From Azolla caroliniana (lineage: Eukaryota; Plantae; Polypodiophyta), in the NCBI GenBank assembly GCA_043228905.1, contig JBHGNT010000005.1, positions 14,756,001-14,820,000 on the forward strand: a DNA stretch of 64,000 nucleotides, given 5' to 3'. Positions within the stretch are counted from its first letter, which is position 1; each line of letters opens with the position of its first letter. The notes beneath the pieces were generated by a model that saw only the letters and a list, made by a program, of their open reading frames with translations, did no database searches and had not been told where the DNA came from. A program made the position numbers and the translations under genes. Positions 40,201 to 50,900 of the stretch are shown one piece after another.

Positions 40201-40889
40201 GTGAAAATCACCATCGGCTCCACTATCTTTGGATCAATGCATCCGATCTCCCTCGATGTGAACGCGAATGCTTTGCCGTGTTGCTCCAACATCTCTCGAA
40301 ACCGTTTTTCTTCTTCTTGTAAGAGGAACCCACCTCCACCGATCCGAAGTTTCTTCCGGGTCTCATCTGTGAAGGCATGTCCGATATCCACGGTCTTCCG
40401 AAGTGTCGGATCTCCCGAGACTTCTTTCCTCTTTTGTTCGCTATCGGCGGGTAGTGGTCCCGCGGCCGGTTTCACCTTCTTCTCCACGGTCTTGTATTTC
40501 GTACTTACCATTGCTTCTTCTTTGCGGAGCGCATCCGGCCCCATTTTCGCAACGATCTCGTACATCTCGACCGATTCCACCGGGACTACCCGGTTCCCTT
40601 GGCTTTTATCTTTCGCAAGCTCTTCAAGCCGTTGTAGTGTATTCCCATAGAACACTTCCTCGATCACTCCCACGATTTCTTCGTCTTCTTTTATTATTGA
40701 TGCCGACCGTAACTTATCCTCCACTTGTCGGTATTGTTCCTTCATTCCTCCGGTTACGGCCGTGTACGTAGATGCCCCATCCGGGCCGATTCGTACTTGT
40801 TTTGCTCCGAGAGTTTTCTTCCTGTGTGGGGTATCGGGGCTTCTCGGACTATCACTTCCCCACTCCGCAACAGTCCGCTTTAAAAATCC
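37278..40889 (-). CDS. pol (RT-RNase H-integrase) of element E, in the -1 frame; ORF track starts it at 40745
   Basis: RFIQDLQPVN, DLYSGYDQF, LPQGATNS, FLDDI, VDTSPTGIG, HESDWAGH/CEKC, ADRGE, NGKIE, WFGPY; frame is open from the slippery site at 40889; stop lies inside the 3' LTR. Confidence 0.93.
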   Translation of the reverse strand, partial: GFLKRTVAEWGSDSPRSPDTPHRKKTLGAKQVRIGPDGASTYTAVTGGMKEQYRQVEDKLRSASIIKEDEEIVGVIEEVFYGNTLQRLEELAKDKSQGNRVVPVESVEMYEIVAKMGPDALRKEEAMVSTKYKTVEKKVKPAAGPLPADSEQKRKEVSGDPTLRKTVDIGHAFTDETRKKLRIGGGGFLLQEEEKRFREMLEQHGKAFAFTSREIGCIDPKIVEPMVIFTIDHVPWNLKPIPVPRAHIPKVIDLLKEKVAMGILEPSSAPYSNRWFTVPKKNGSLRFIQDLQPVNKVTIRNSGVGPIVDEFAEAFAGRAIYSIGDLYSGYDQFQLAVESRDITTMRTPIGLVRMCTLPQGATNSVAHMMNAMNKVLRDCIPEITMPFLDDIPMKGCAVEEKDETMDDRGCRKFVVDHIHDCEKVLRKLEDVHLTLSGEKSAFGQEEILVVGHLCGPYGRRPSPTKIDAIQAMKEVCESTSEVRRFLGACAFYHIWIPHYAHIADPLYHLLRKGKKFEWKPEHTKAMRKLKKTLWRAESLKKPSYERPIIVTVDTSPTGIGWVINQADSDGSRYPIRFGAKVLNERQRGYAQIKRELWGVVSAIKSDRDYLIGAEVVIETDCLPILGMMRCCTIPDVAMLRWIAYVKSLNPEVRHISGKDNAVADMLSRARFEDDITESDNEEVSEDYFTSEHICRVNVIQEFREEEYEGETLMIGKMLQEVEDSTNDKERRAEIRRKKRQVQKFFLENGLIWRTPKRPDGIPLRVVGTKEQRNRIMSEFHESDWAGHRGTWATFVKIKQRYWWKNMYKDVAEFTESCEKCQVYSGVRHRDELHPTFSPTINFKWMVDIVAMPTGIGQKKYLVLAREDLTNQVEGRALRRKTCAAVCQFLLEEVFCRYGCVGQVIADRGELDSDKARGFFAKHGVRLTLTTAYNPEANGKIERGHSPIVKALAKACDGRVKDWPQMLPYALWADRTTHSSVTGYMPAELMTGQAPVMPTETAIATWTILPWKEEMSREELLAVRIRQLEGRPKDVAEASRRQQEARFRNKSRFDTKHRLRPRRIEEGDWVIVYDSSLDHQHTTMRKFAKRWFGPYEVRKVFDNGTYRLSELDGTILRVPIAGKRVKIFKKRTDDKPYVIQVEADNEEQSDEDHNYAGSEESGLQLIVDIRGESEEASDEDGYKESRTSAHTGGCAGLEGASVVV

Positions 40890-42919
40890 ATTCTCACTTG
40901 GGACAAGAGTTCCCTCTTGTTCCTTTCGTGATTTGCCGGCACCGTTAGGAATTGGACGGATTTCCCTCCGTTTTGGCTCCGAATTCGCGCAAAAGCTGCA
41001 CCACTATCGAGCACCTTCGTCTCCATCCGTGAAGCCGTGATAAAGGGTTGGCCGAGGATGACAGAATGTGAAACCTCATCCTGCACAAAGAAATTTTGGT
41101 CAATTTCGACATCCCCGATCTTTACCGTCACATCCGGACAAGCCGCAAATAGGTCTTCTGTCGTTTTCGTGGCTGCCCGAATCTTCCATCCATGGTTGGT
41201 GTTTATAGGCCACTTCCCCTTTCGGTAGAACTCCTTGGACATCAAGTTGATCTCCGATCCGTGATCAATCAATGCTAGCACGGGTTCTTTGATGTTGCCG
41301 ATTCGGACCGGAGTCTCCGTAGTCGCACGTGCCCAGTGTGGCCTTGTATAGTGGGAGTTCGGAATTTCGCCTTCCACTTCGGTGTCGTTCATTGAAACGG
41401 TATTTGCATTCACCCTTGGAGCATTTTCCTCCGTACTTTGTCTCTTCCTTTTCACGAGATCCACGAGAAGATCGTGAAACTCCTTCTTCGCTATTCCGAG
41501 TAGTTCCCGCAGCGAAAAATCTACCCGGCTATCCAAGATTCTTTCCTCGAACACTCTTTTCAAGTCGGTTTGTTGTTCTATGTCCGAGGCGAGCTTGAAT
41601 GTCGGAGTCGCCTTTTCTTTTCCCTTACCTCCGGAGTTCCAGCTTTCCGGTATCTTCGATGGTCCGGCCGCATCCTCCGTGCGCCGTCGTTTCTCGTCCA
41701 CATACACCTCATGTAATTGACACAGGGCGTATATGCTATTCTTGTCGACAGGGCACTCCCATCCCGTAGCTTCCCGGACGCCTTCCGCGGTGTTTCGGAT
41801 ATCGTTGGAGTCGGTTTTCTCGGTGTTTCCTAGCACCTCCGGCCAGAAAGACGCCTTCGCTCCCGATGACTCCCCGACACATATTCCTGCGGTTGTCGCA
41901 TAGTTGCTTCTTGCCGCTAACTCCTCCTCGAGCACCTTCTTCATGCCGCCTTTCCGGAAGTTCGGTCGGAGTGGCTTCCGAGAGTCCATCGAATGAATCC
42001 GGTTTCCCTCGTAGTAGATGAGATCCCGTCGTAGCGCCTCCTTATGGTCGTCGCAATCCCTCCGATCGTGTTCGGCGCTATCGCACCATATGCACCGTCG
42101 ATCCGTATATTTGGAGCTTGTGGGGCGGTCGTCCGACTTCTTCACCATCGCGATCTTTAGATTCTCCATCTCCTTCAGCAGCTGCTCCACCGTAGACGCG
42201 TCGACTCCCTTCTCGGCCGTAATCTCCCGAGCCCTCGGTTGATGGTCTTCCAGTCCCGTTCTCGGTTTCGGAATCGGTTCCGAAACCCTCTTTTCTTCGT
42301 TGGCAAGCCATTGCCCCCTCTTCGTGTACCGCGCGACGATATCCCGCACGCTTTCCCATGTTTCGGTGAGGCCGCTTTCGGTGGTCGTGTCCTCAAGAAG
42401 CACTCCGAGATCTTTCCGGTCCCGGACGTCCACAGCTCGCAAAAACATGATGACTTTGTCCGGCGCAAGTATAGTTTGATCTCTCGCGGACAACCTCCCG
42501 AACCGACTTTCGAATGTCGAAAACACTTCGAGGACCTTCAACCCCTTACCTGACGTTTCCACCCAATCCTCGAATCCCCTCCGCGTTGCCTTGGAGGAGT
42601 CCTCGATGGCAAACGTGGTCTTTAACGCCTCTTCGAATGCTTCCCACGTCGGATTTTGTTGTTGCAACCCGTGGATACTCCCTTGAAGCCCGTCGGTCGC
42701 CACCCGGTTAAAGGATGTCACTTGCAGTCCTTCCGAAGCCCGACACCGGAGCATCTCCGCCTTGTAGTCCTGCAAATATCGCGACACATCCTTACCATTA
42801 AATTGCCCGTTGCGTTGCACGAGCCGCTCTACTGATGCCGAAATCTCCGACATCGTGCGTTGTTCTTGAAGCATCCGTTCGAACATCGCCATCATATTGT
42901 TAGCTTGTTGAGCCTCCAT
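40880..42919 (-). CDS. gag-protease of element E
   Basis: First ATG after the PBS at 42919; CIWCDSAEHDRRDC knuckle; protease ALIDHGSEINL and VILGQPF. Confidence 0.9.
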   Translation of the reverse strand: MEAQQANNMMAMFERMLQEQRTMSEISASVERLVQRNGQFNGKDVSRYLQDYKAEMLRCRASEGLQVTSFNRVATDGLQGSIHGLQQQNPTWEAFEEALKTTFAIEDSSKATRRGFEDWVETSGKGLKVLEVFSTFESRFGRLSARDQTILAPDKVIMFLRAVDVRDRKDLGVLLEDTTTESGLTETWESVRDIVARYTKRGQWLANEEKRVSEPIPKPRTGLEDHQPRAREITAEKGVDASTVEQLLKEMENLKIAMVKKSDDRPTSSKYTDRRCIWCDSAEHDRRDCDDHKEALRRDLIYYEGNRIHSMDSRKPLRPNFRKGGMKKVLEEELAARSNYATTAGICVGESSGAKASFWPEVLGNTEKTDSNDIRNTAEGVREATGWECPVDKNSIYALCQLHEVYVDEKRRRTEDAAGPSKIPESWNSGGKGKEKATPTFKLASDIEQQTDLKRVFEERILDSRVDFSLRELLGIAKKEFHDLLVDLVKRKRQSTEENAPRVNANTVSMNDTEVEGEIPNSHYTRPHWARATTETPVRIGNIKEPVLALIDHGSEINLMSKEFYRKGKWPINTNHGWKIRAATKTTEDLFAACPDVTVKIGDVEIDQNFFVQDEVSHSVILGQPFITASRMETKVLDSGAAFARIRSQNGGKSVQFLTVPANHERNKRELLSQVRMDF

Positions 42920-43499
42920 CTCCTTGCCACCCGTTTTCACGTCGGGTTCACCAACTGTGTCGTGCCTTTCGGCTCCGGATCGTTGCGTGAGTCGGGTGGG
43001 AACCACAGAGGTCTTGGACTAGGAGAAAGAAGTTCGTGAGATAGAGATTAATTATGAGTAAATAGCAAAGAGAAAGATAAGAAACTCGTGAATCACACGA
43101 GCATACTATATTAATTGGTACTTAGGGTGTTAAGAGAGAAGTAGACGTATAAATCGTGAATCCCACGAATAATTTTTGTATTGATTAATCCTTAATCCAA
43201 ATAATCAACAACCCTTTACATATTTCTCTCCTCCTTATATAAGGAAAGAAGAGCTAAGCATGGCTTCATGCTTTTTTTTTTACAAAAAGTGTTCATGTCC
43301 ACTAAATGTGTATGTGATGCTTTTTTATTTCCTAAGTATAGGGCTCATGCACGCTAGATGTGCATGAGTTATTTTTAGTGTCTCGCGTTTTTCTTTTTCA
43401 TATATTAAAAGAAATACACGATTTACCTTTTAATAAAGGTATGCATAAATAAAAGGTCTTATACGTATTAAATCTATATTTAAAACACTTAAGATAAGT

Positions 43500-43590
43500 T
43501 AATGTAATGGTAAGGTTGGGGTTTGTCAACGTGGAGGTGCAGAGTTCGAATCACGCCCTGCGCAGTAGTGAGTATTTCCTTTCTTTTTAC
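43500..43590 (+). other. Same tRNA-like module in the element E 5' LTR
   Basis: Identical to 37000-37090. Confidence 0.6.
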
Positions 43591-46569
43591 ATTTATGTCT
43601 CTTTATCCGGCTCTTCCTTGCCGGTATGCCATTTTCTTCCTTTCCGGTATGCTGTTTTCCTCCTTTCCGGTATGCCGTTTTTCCTCCTTGCCGGTATGCC
43701 GTTTTCTTCCGGTTCTCACCGAGCACTCCATTCTCTATCCGGAGGGACAAAAATATAATTTCCACATAGTGTGCAACCTACACTACGACACCGCAGATAA
43801 CCTACGAATTGGATGGAAAAGTATTCTTTTCTTGCATCTGATTGCAGGCACTTGATCTTCCTCTCTGTTTCCCGTTCAACTAAGCTTTGAAGGTTTCGGA
43901 AACATTCGAAGACTTCACTTTTCTTCTCGATGAGGTAGATACACGTGTGTCGGCTATAGTCGTCGATGAAGGAGACCAAATACCGACTCCCGCCAAGACT
44001 AACGTTTTGTGTTGGTCCCCATACATCCGAATGGATTAAGTCGAGCTTGTTACAGCTCCGGTTTTGTTCGGTGGGGAATGGAAGCTGGTGTTGCTTCCCA
44101 AGTTGACAGGCTTCACAATTTTGGGCCTTTCGGCCACTGAATTTCGGCAATCTGAACACAACATGTTTCGATTGCAGGTCCTGAAGCCTCCGGTAGTTGA
44201 CATGGCTGATCCGCTTATGCCAGAGATCGATGTCCAATTCAATCTTATGTCCTTTGGCAAACATGGCGGTGTCAACGTCATTAGTGTTAAGGATGAACAT
44301 CCTCCCTTCTCTGCACCCTTGCGCAATTTTCCGGCCTTCTTCTTCAATGAAGCACCCGAGGTGCGTAATCCGCACTTGCATTCCCTGGTCGACAATTTGT
44401 CTGACCGATACCAGGTTCTTTTTGATAGTCGGAACTTGTAATACGTTCATCAGCTTTCCCTTTTGTCCGACATGTCTTAATGGGACTTCTCCAACATGCA
44501 CAATCGGGTGAGGGGTGTCATCTCCGGTTTCTCTAAAAACGAGAACCACTCTTCATGTCTCGTCATATGGTTAGATGCTCTAGGATCAATGTACCACACT
44601 TCCTCTGATCCGGAAGTGGTCTTCTTCATTGAGTTCGCCTTGTGCTTCATCATGAAGGCTGGCCCTTTTCCGGTCTTCCTGGTTACAAATCCTTCCGATC
44701 CTTTTGCATAGTGCGAGCTTTGTTAGTTTCCCTGTCCGGTATTGCCAGATCCGGATTTATCCGAATCGACGCGCTTCTTACAGCACTCGCTTTCTCGGTG
44801 GCCTTTCTTGCTACAATATTAGCATTCTGTGTCGGCCTTTGATTGCGGGTTTCCGGCTCCGACTTGACTCCCCTTGCTTGTGAAGGGTCCGGAACTGCTG
44901 TCGGCATCGTCTTTGTTCCTTCGGTTTTGCTCTTGTTGGCACCGTCTCTATGCCTTCGGTTTTACTCTTGGCGGACGCCTCCATTGCGTGCCGACCCACG
45001 CCCACGGGGTCGATCCGCCTCTATGTACAACATCCGATTGTCCTATTGAGTGGTCCTCGACCCACTCACGTTGTTTTCTTCGACCATCAACATGGATTGT
45101 AAGTCGAAAAAGGATGATGGCTTCTCCCGCGTGTAGATCGCCATCCGGATTGACCCGTACCGTTGTGCTAGACCACTAAGGCAGATTTGAACCATCTCGT
45201 CTTCATCCACCGTCACGTTGATGGACCTGAGCGTGTCGCAAATCTCCTTTATCTTGGTGGTGTAGTCAGTCATAGACATATCCCTCTGTCGGATATTGTT
45301 GAGCTCTTGTCAGAGTTGCAACTTCCGTGCCGTAGTACTAGCGGCGAAAATCTTCCGGAGATTTTCCCAGGCCTCCTTTAGCGTTTTTGCATATTTGATG
45401 TAGTTGAGCATCTGATTGTGCACACCAGACGCGAGGTAGTACAATACTCGGCTCATTCCTTGCTCCCATGCCGTGAAGTCTTTGTGTGCCGGCTCCGGTG
45501 CTACCTCGTTGGTTCCTTCCACGTAGCTCCAATAACCATGCCCCAACAAGTACTGGTGAATTTTATATGACCAGGACGCATAGTTGCTCTGGTCGAGCTT
45601 CTCTGTTGGAAGTGAACTCGCCATATCTTTGTCCATACCTTTCTCTATCTGTTATTACCGGTTATTAGGGGTTGTCTTCGAAAGCGTCTATCGACTGCAG
45701 AGGTTCTCAACCCTCGTGCTCTGATACCATGTCAAAGTAAACGTGCGGAAGCATTCGACAAACCGGCTCAACCGGATAGCAACAGAAGATGAGATGAAAA
45801 CTTAACACACATAGAGAGTACGTGTACGTAGGAGAGACAGAGAGAGATAGAGAGAGATAGAGAGACAGAACATAAACTCTATTAAAAAAATACTCTAAAA
45901 CTCTGTGTCCATAGAATGTGCTCAGAGAGCACTTTTATACTTGTCCATAAAGGACTGACAGAAGTACTGACAGGTACGTCAATGCTCATACAAGTGACTG
46001 TCATTGACTCCCTAAAAATATGCCTACGTACTAGGTTGGAACCGTAGGCCTCTAACGGCCTACTAGTTTTAATCCCATCTGGCTCTCTGATCCGGCTCCT
46101 GGTTCCAGATATCATCCGGTCACCGATCGAATTCTCCATTCCGGATACCAATCCGGCACTGGCTTATTCAGCCGATCCGGATCCGATTGAGCTTGCTCGC
46201 TCAACAGTGTCGAGTGGAGAAGAGGATATATTGATAGTAGTTGGTACTTTTGGTGTGAAAGCCATATGTGGGTGAGTTAAAGTTAGTTGAGAATTATTAG
46301 TTACACTTTGGCTTGTGTTAATAGGAATGAATTGAATAGGTGTGAATGGGTTAGAAGGTGTTAAAGAATGACGTTGCTCAACTGAATTGAAGAAGCGGGA
46401 AGAGTTGGCACGCTCCAAGCCCGCGCCTTCAGCTATAAAAGGACCACTTGCTCCACCTCTTCGAGTCCTTGCTCCTTCTCTACGATGGTGTTTCCTTCTG
46501 CTCCAGGGCTTTGTCACCATTGCCATCTTGCTACAAATCAAGTTGTTGACATTGGTGGCCGCACCTCTC

Positions 46570-46710
46570 CTGCTGTTGATCACGAGGTTGTTGATCGTGT
46601 TGCTGAGCACAAGGTCTCTTATCATCTTGTTGATCACGAGGTTGTTGATCATACTGCTGATCACGAGATTGATGATCGTCCTGCTAATAATGAGGTTGTT
46701 GATTCTACTT
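46570..46710 (-). repeat. 24-bp degenerate tandem repeat in the IN-RT linker of D
   Basis: gatcaacaacctcgtgatcarcar-type units (DQQPRDQQ-like). Confidence 0.75.
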
Positions 46711-49700
46711 CTGATGGTCGTGTTGGTGGTGGCAACTGCTTCTTGCCAGAATCAAAGAGGCAATCCGGCAACTTTGAATCATACTTTGACATGCATCTAG
46801 GAGGGTTTGATTCTTGTGCTCAGTTATACCACTCTAATGTGGGTTGTATGGTACAATATGCTCATGCCTTATTCCATTTTCTTCACAAAACCTCTTCCAT
46901 TCATCACTAACATACTCCCCTCCATTGTCAGTACGAACAGTTGAGATCTTAAGTTGACATTGATTTTCTACATATGCTTTGTAACTTGTAAATGTAGTGT
47001 ATGCTCCTGATTTCTTCTTAAGAAAGTATAATACAGTGAATCTTGTAAAGTCATCTATAAATGAAATAAAATACTTGTTACCATCTATTGATAGAGATTG
47101 CATCGGTCCACATAAGTCTAAATGAATTAGTTGTAGTGGTCTTTCCGTCCTTTTTTGTTTGCTTATTGTAAACTTTTGTCGACATTGCTTGCCGTAGATG
47201 CATCCCTCACATATTGATATATACAGCTAAATGACTTTGTTGGAACTCCTTCGAATAATTTATGAACTTGACCAGTCTTCATCACCTTCGAGTTGAGATG
47301 CCTGAGTCGATGATGCCAAAGCATTGTAGGATCAATGTGTGCAGCGCCTGACGCAAACATGGCTTGTATAGGAGTTTTGTCCATCATTGGTAAAGGTTAG
47401 AGTCTTCCAGATTTGGGGCAAGTCACTCTTAACATCTCACCAGTAGGTAACTCATGAGAAATAACCGCAAAATTATTATTGAAATCATCCATTTTTTGTT
47501 GCTTCACTTACGGATATTAAGTTTCTCATTACACTTGGAACATAGTAAACATTTGGAATGCTTATTGTCTTTGATTTGTTTCGAGACGAGTGTACTCCCC
47601 CTTTGCCAATCGCGACTTTTGTGCCATGGTCGCCGAATGTAACTTGGAGTGCTTGTGGAAGGGGGCAGTAGTTATGTAGAAGATTTCTGTTACATTTTAA
47701 GTGATGCGTCGCCCCAGTGTCGAAGAACCAAAGGTTGCATTGTCTTTCTTTTGATTCACTTGACTTTCATTTGCATCACTTGTGAAAGCTTGTATAAAAT
47801 TATTGTCTTCATCTTCTTCACAATAGTTCACATTATCATTTTGAATTGATGCACTATGAATTTGAGGATAAGACTTCTTTACTTTCCGTTTAAGATCAAA
47901 TTGCTTCTTTCTACAATCTTTTTTAATATGACCCTGTTTATTATAATACCTACATGTGATTGTAGATATCGTCAAGCCTCCCATTCCATTTGATTTGTTC
48001 TTCTGTTGAAACTTTTGGTTGTTTGGACCGTTGAAATTTTTGCTTTGCAAAGTTGCCTTGATTATTTCTCATTGAGGCTGCAATGGCCATGTGTCTAGCC
48101 TCGTGTTGTGAACTTGTTCTTTTTCTTCGTAGTTCATCCTGCTTTAACTTTTCTAATAAATTTTGTAAATTTAAATTTTTGCCTTCACTATGAATACTTA
48201 CAAAAGTCATCCATGATTCTGGTAGCGCTCCCATTAAAATCTCACATTTGGACATTTCATCGATATTATTGCCTGAAGAGATGGCTACATCTAATTGCTT
48301 TTGCCACTTCATTATAAATGTGTCGATTTTTTCGCCTTCTTTCATTTGTAAATTCATTAATGATCTGAATGAAAAAAAATTAGTTGTCCCATCAGATGGT
48401 TGATGAATCTTTTGCAAATACTCCATCAATGTGTAAGTTTCGAACATAATCGACTTGCTCGTCACTTAAGTGCATTATTATCTCTATTCTAGCATCAAGG
48501 TCTTTGCTTTTCCACATGCTCTTCTCAGGTTCTTGTTTAGGCATTTTCATGGAACCGTATATTATATCTTTTAAATTATTACGCTCCATTATCAACTTCA
48601 TCTGTGTCTTCCACATCCTGTAATTGTGAGTAGTTAGTTTCTCAACTACATATTTTCTTACCATACTTGATGGATTCGCAGGATGGTGATTGTTTGATGT
48701 GGATGTGGACAGGTTTTCTGATTCTTCTTCAAACTCCATCTTGCTTAGATCGTCCGGATCAATCCAAGAACAAAATGTTTTGTGTTTTGATTGATGTCTC
48801 TAATTTTGCTCTGATACCATGTAAGAAATCAAGTAATAACACAAGAGATAAGAAGAAGATTACAGGGAGAGAGAGATCAAGAAACTAACAGTTGTATTTC
48901 TCACATCACATGAATAGTGGTTACAATGTGTATATGTGAAAGAGAGGGTAGTTACAAAACGTCTTTATAAAAGAGGGGTATTTTAGGAATTATTATTTAT
49001 TACTTTATTTATCATAATATGTTTTATTTTATATTCTAACAATTGGTAGGTGTTATTGGACTGTTAGTAATCATTTCTAACTTTGATAAATGAGTTTGCA
49101 ACTTGGCCATTGCTAAGGTTTTTTGTTGTATTTTTTTGAGCTTGTTAAAGAATTCTATTTGGAGCAAAATAGGTTGTGTAAAGTTCCTTGATCTTGGGTT
49201 GTTGGGCACACTCAATTCTAAATACATTTCTAAAGAAATTGGCATATGCAAATAATTTAGGTTCTTGATTACATGTTTGAGTGGCAAACCACATATACAT
49301 TGAAAATACCTTGATCATATGACATTCCAGATTTCCCAAGTCACTTAGTTGTTTTTGGAGTCTTCCATATATATTCATACCAGCTAGTCCCAACTTCAAG
49401 TTTTGGTTTTGTCCCAAATTTGGGATGTAAGCTTCTAAGTTTAGAAACATAATGTATGAGAATTTTGTGTCATGCTTCCATTTCGTGTGTTTTTGTGTGA
49501 TCTATTACAGAGGGACATAACACTTGATATTAAAGCAAGAACACGAATTGGAGTGGAGAAAATATTGAAGAAGGAGAAAGCTTATGAGGAAAGAGAAAGT
49601 GACGAGAGGTGGATTGGAATCTGAATTAGAGGCGATCGAGGAGCCGCAGAAGGGAGGGAACCCTATGGAGATTCTGATAGCGGAAGTGGCCGAAATCTTG

Positions 49701-49749
49701 AGAGAGCAAAGAAGGGAGTGACACTCACAAAAAAGGAGGAGCCAGAGGG

Positions 49750-50900
49750 AGAGGGTCGAGCAGGAGGAAAACGTTAATGGGAGCTACAAGCCTATACCTC
49801 CAAGGGAGTAAGTAGGGACAAGGTAGTACCAAGCACTAAATAGGGGGATCCAGGACATGGAAGGCTATCTAGAGCAATGTCGAGTGAAGCCGGGATCATG
49901 GGTGCAACCGTGCATGTAGTGAGTCAATAACTCGAGGGCGACACCTATGACTAGTATCTTTTGGTGGAGGGGAGTTCCTTGAGAAGTTGGGAAAGTTTGC
50001 AACTAAGAGAGCTGGAATATTTCATCCCAAGGAATGAGCTAATGAGATTTAGGAATGGCGGGAAGCTTTGACTGAAGAGTTTGGGAAACTAAAGAGTTAC
50101 ATTTCTAAGTGTGAAAATTAATATTGCAAATTACTAAGATGAGTGATTTTGATAAGTTGCATGGGTTGGGCCCTTCAGTGAGGAAGAAGGCAAAGAAGAT
50201 GGAAATAGCAATGTTGGAGGAATTGGTCCAAATAGCAAAACGTGTAGGTGATTGGGAGGCTGCCTAACATAGACAAGAGTCCTTGGAGAAAGGAGGGAAC
50301 TACAAGACCTTGCCATTGAGGAAGGAATGAGGAGCCATTCAAGGTTAGGGAACGAGTCCTACCATCGATGGGGTGGGAAGCAACATGCAACGAACACCGA
50401 AATTCCATCAAGGTTTGCTTCAAGTGTGGTAAATCACATTTAGCTTGAGAGTGCCCCAAGCGAGAAGAGGATTTCTCTCGAGTGGTGTGAGCTCAAGTGG
50501 AGCTCGATTAGGGAGAAGACAAAGAGAAGTGGGACATCCAAGTCCAAGCCAAGGCCTCTTCGATGAAGGTGTGTGCAATCAAGGTCGAAGAACCAAGTCT
50601 TGAAAGAGAGGAGGAACCACAAAAGGCCTTAGAACAAGAGCTTAAGGTTGAGGTGGTTGAGCAATAGACTAAGGTGGAGGGACTCCCTCAAAGCACCCAC
50701 CGCAAAGCTGAGGACCGAGAGTCGTTCAAAGAAGGTGTGCCCAACCAAGATGGGCGAGCAAAGCACAAAGATGGAGGAAAGGCCTTGAAGGGCCTTAGCG
50801 TGTGGCATCTAGACAAATGTCTGCCCAATCAAGGTGGTCGAGCAAGATTCAAGTAAGAAGAACAACCTCGAAGGGAGGGAAAGCAGAGGAGGATTGAGAA
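49750..50900 (-). mobile_element. Possible very decayed LINE RT remnant
   Basis: Only weak motif echoes (DHLDW, LKLN, LNGKVL) in scattered frames; strongly purine-skewed plus strand. Confidence 0.25.

Larger units (their letters stand above)
36455..43790 (-). mobile_element. Ty3/gypsy element E, apparently intact and young
   Basis: LTRs 36455-37290 and 42958-43790 with about 4 visible differences, 4-bp TSD CCGC, tRNA-Trp PBS 42936-42953, PPT GGAGGGGGCGAG 37291-37302, two uninterrupted ORFs. Confidence 0.97.
32751..46206 (-). mobile_element. Ty1/copia element C, nested in D, decayed
   Basis: 5' LTR 45730-46206, PBS 45718-45729, partial 3' LTR 32751-~33019, TSD GTGTC; gag ~45000-45640, IN split by element E, RT/RH 34100-35550, extra ORF 33601-34089. 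Confidence 0.94.
30138..49041 (-). mobile_element. Ty1/copia element D (AT-rich, decayed); outermost host of a nested stack
   Basis: LTRs 30138-30384 and 48820-49041, TSD ATTGG, PBS TGGTATCAGAGC 48808-48819, G-rich PPT 30385-30391; gag from 48739, IN ~46830-47400, RT/RH ~30400-31970. Confidence 0.95.

Noticed and set aside
42920-43006. GTG-initiated N-terminal extension of element E gag
   Set aside because: It lies within the LTR and PBS; the first ATG after the PBS (42919) is the more plausible start
46164-46910. Hydrophobic repetitive ORFs as a membrane or env-like protein
   Set aside because: Alternative frames of the 24-bp repeat in the integrase-RT linker of element D
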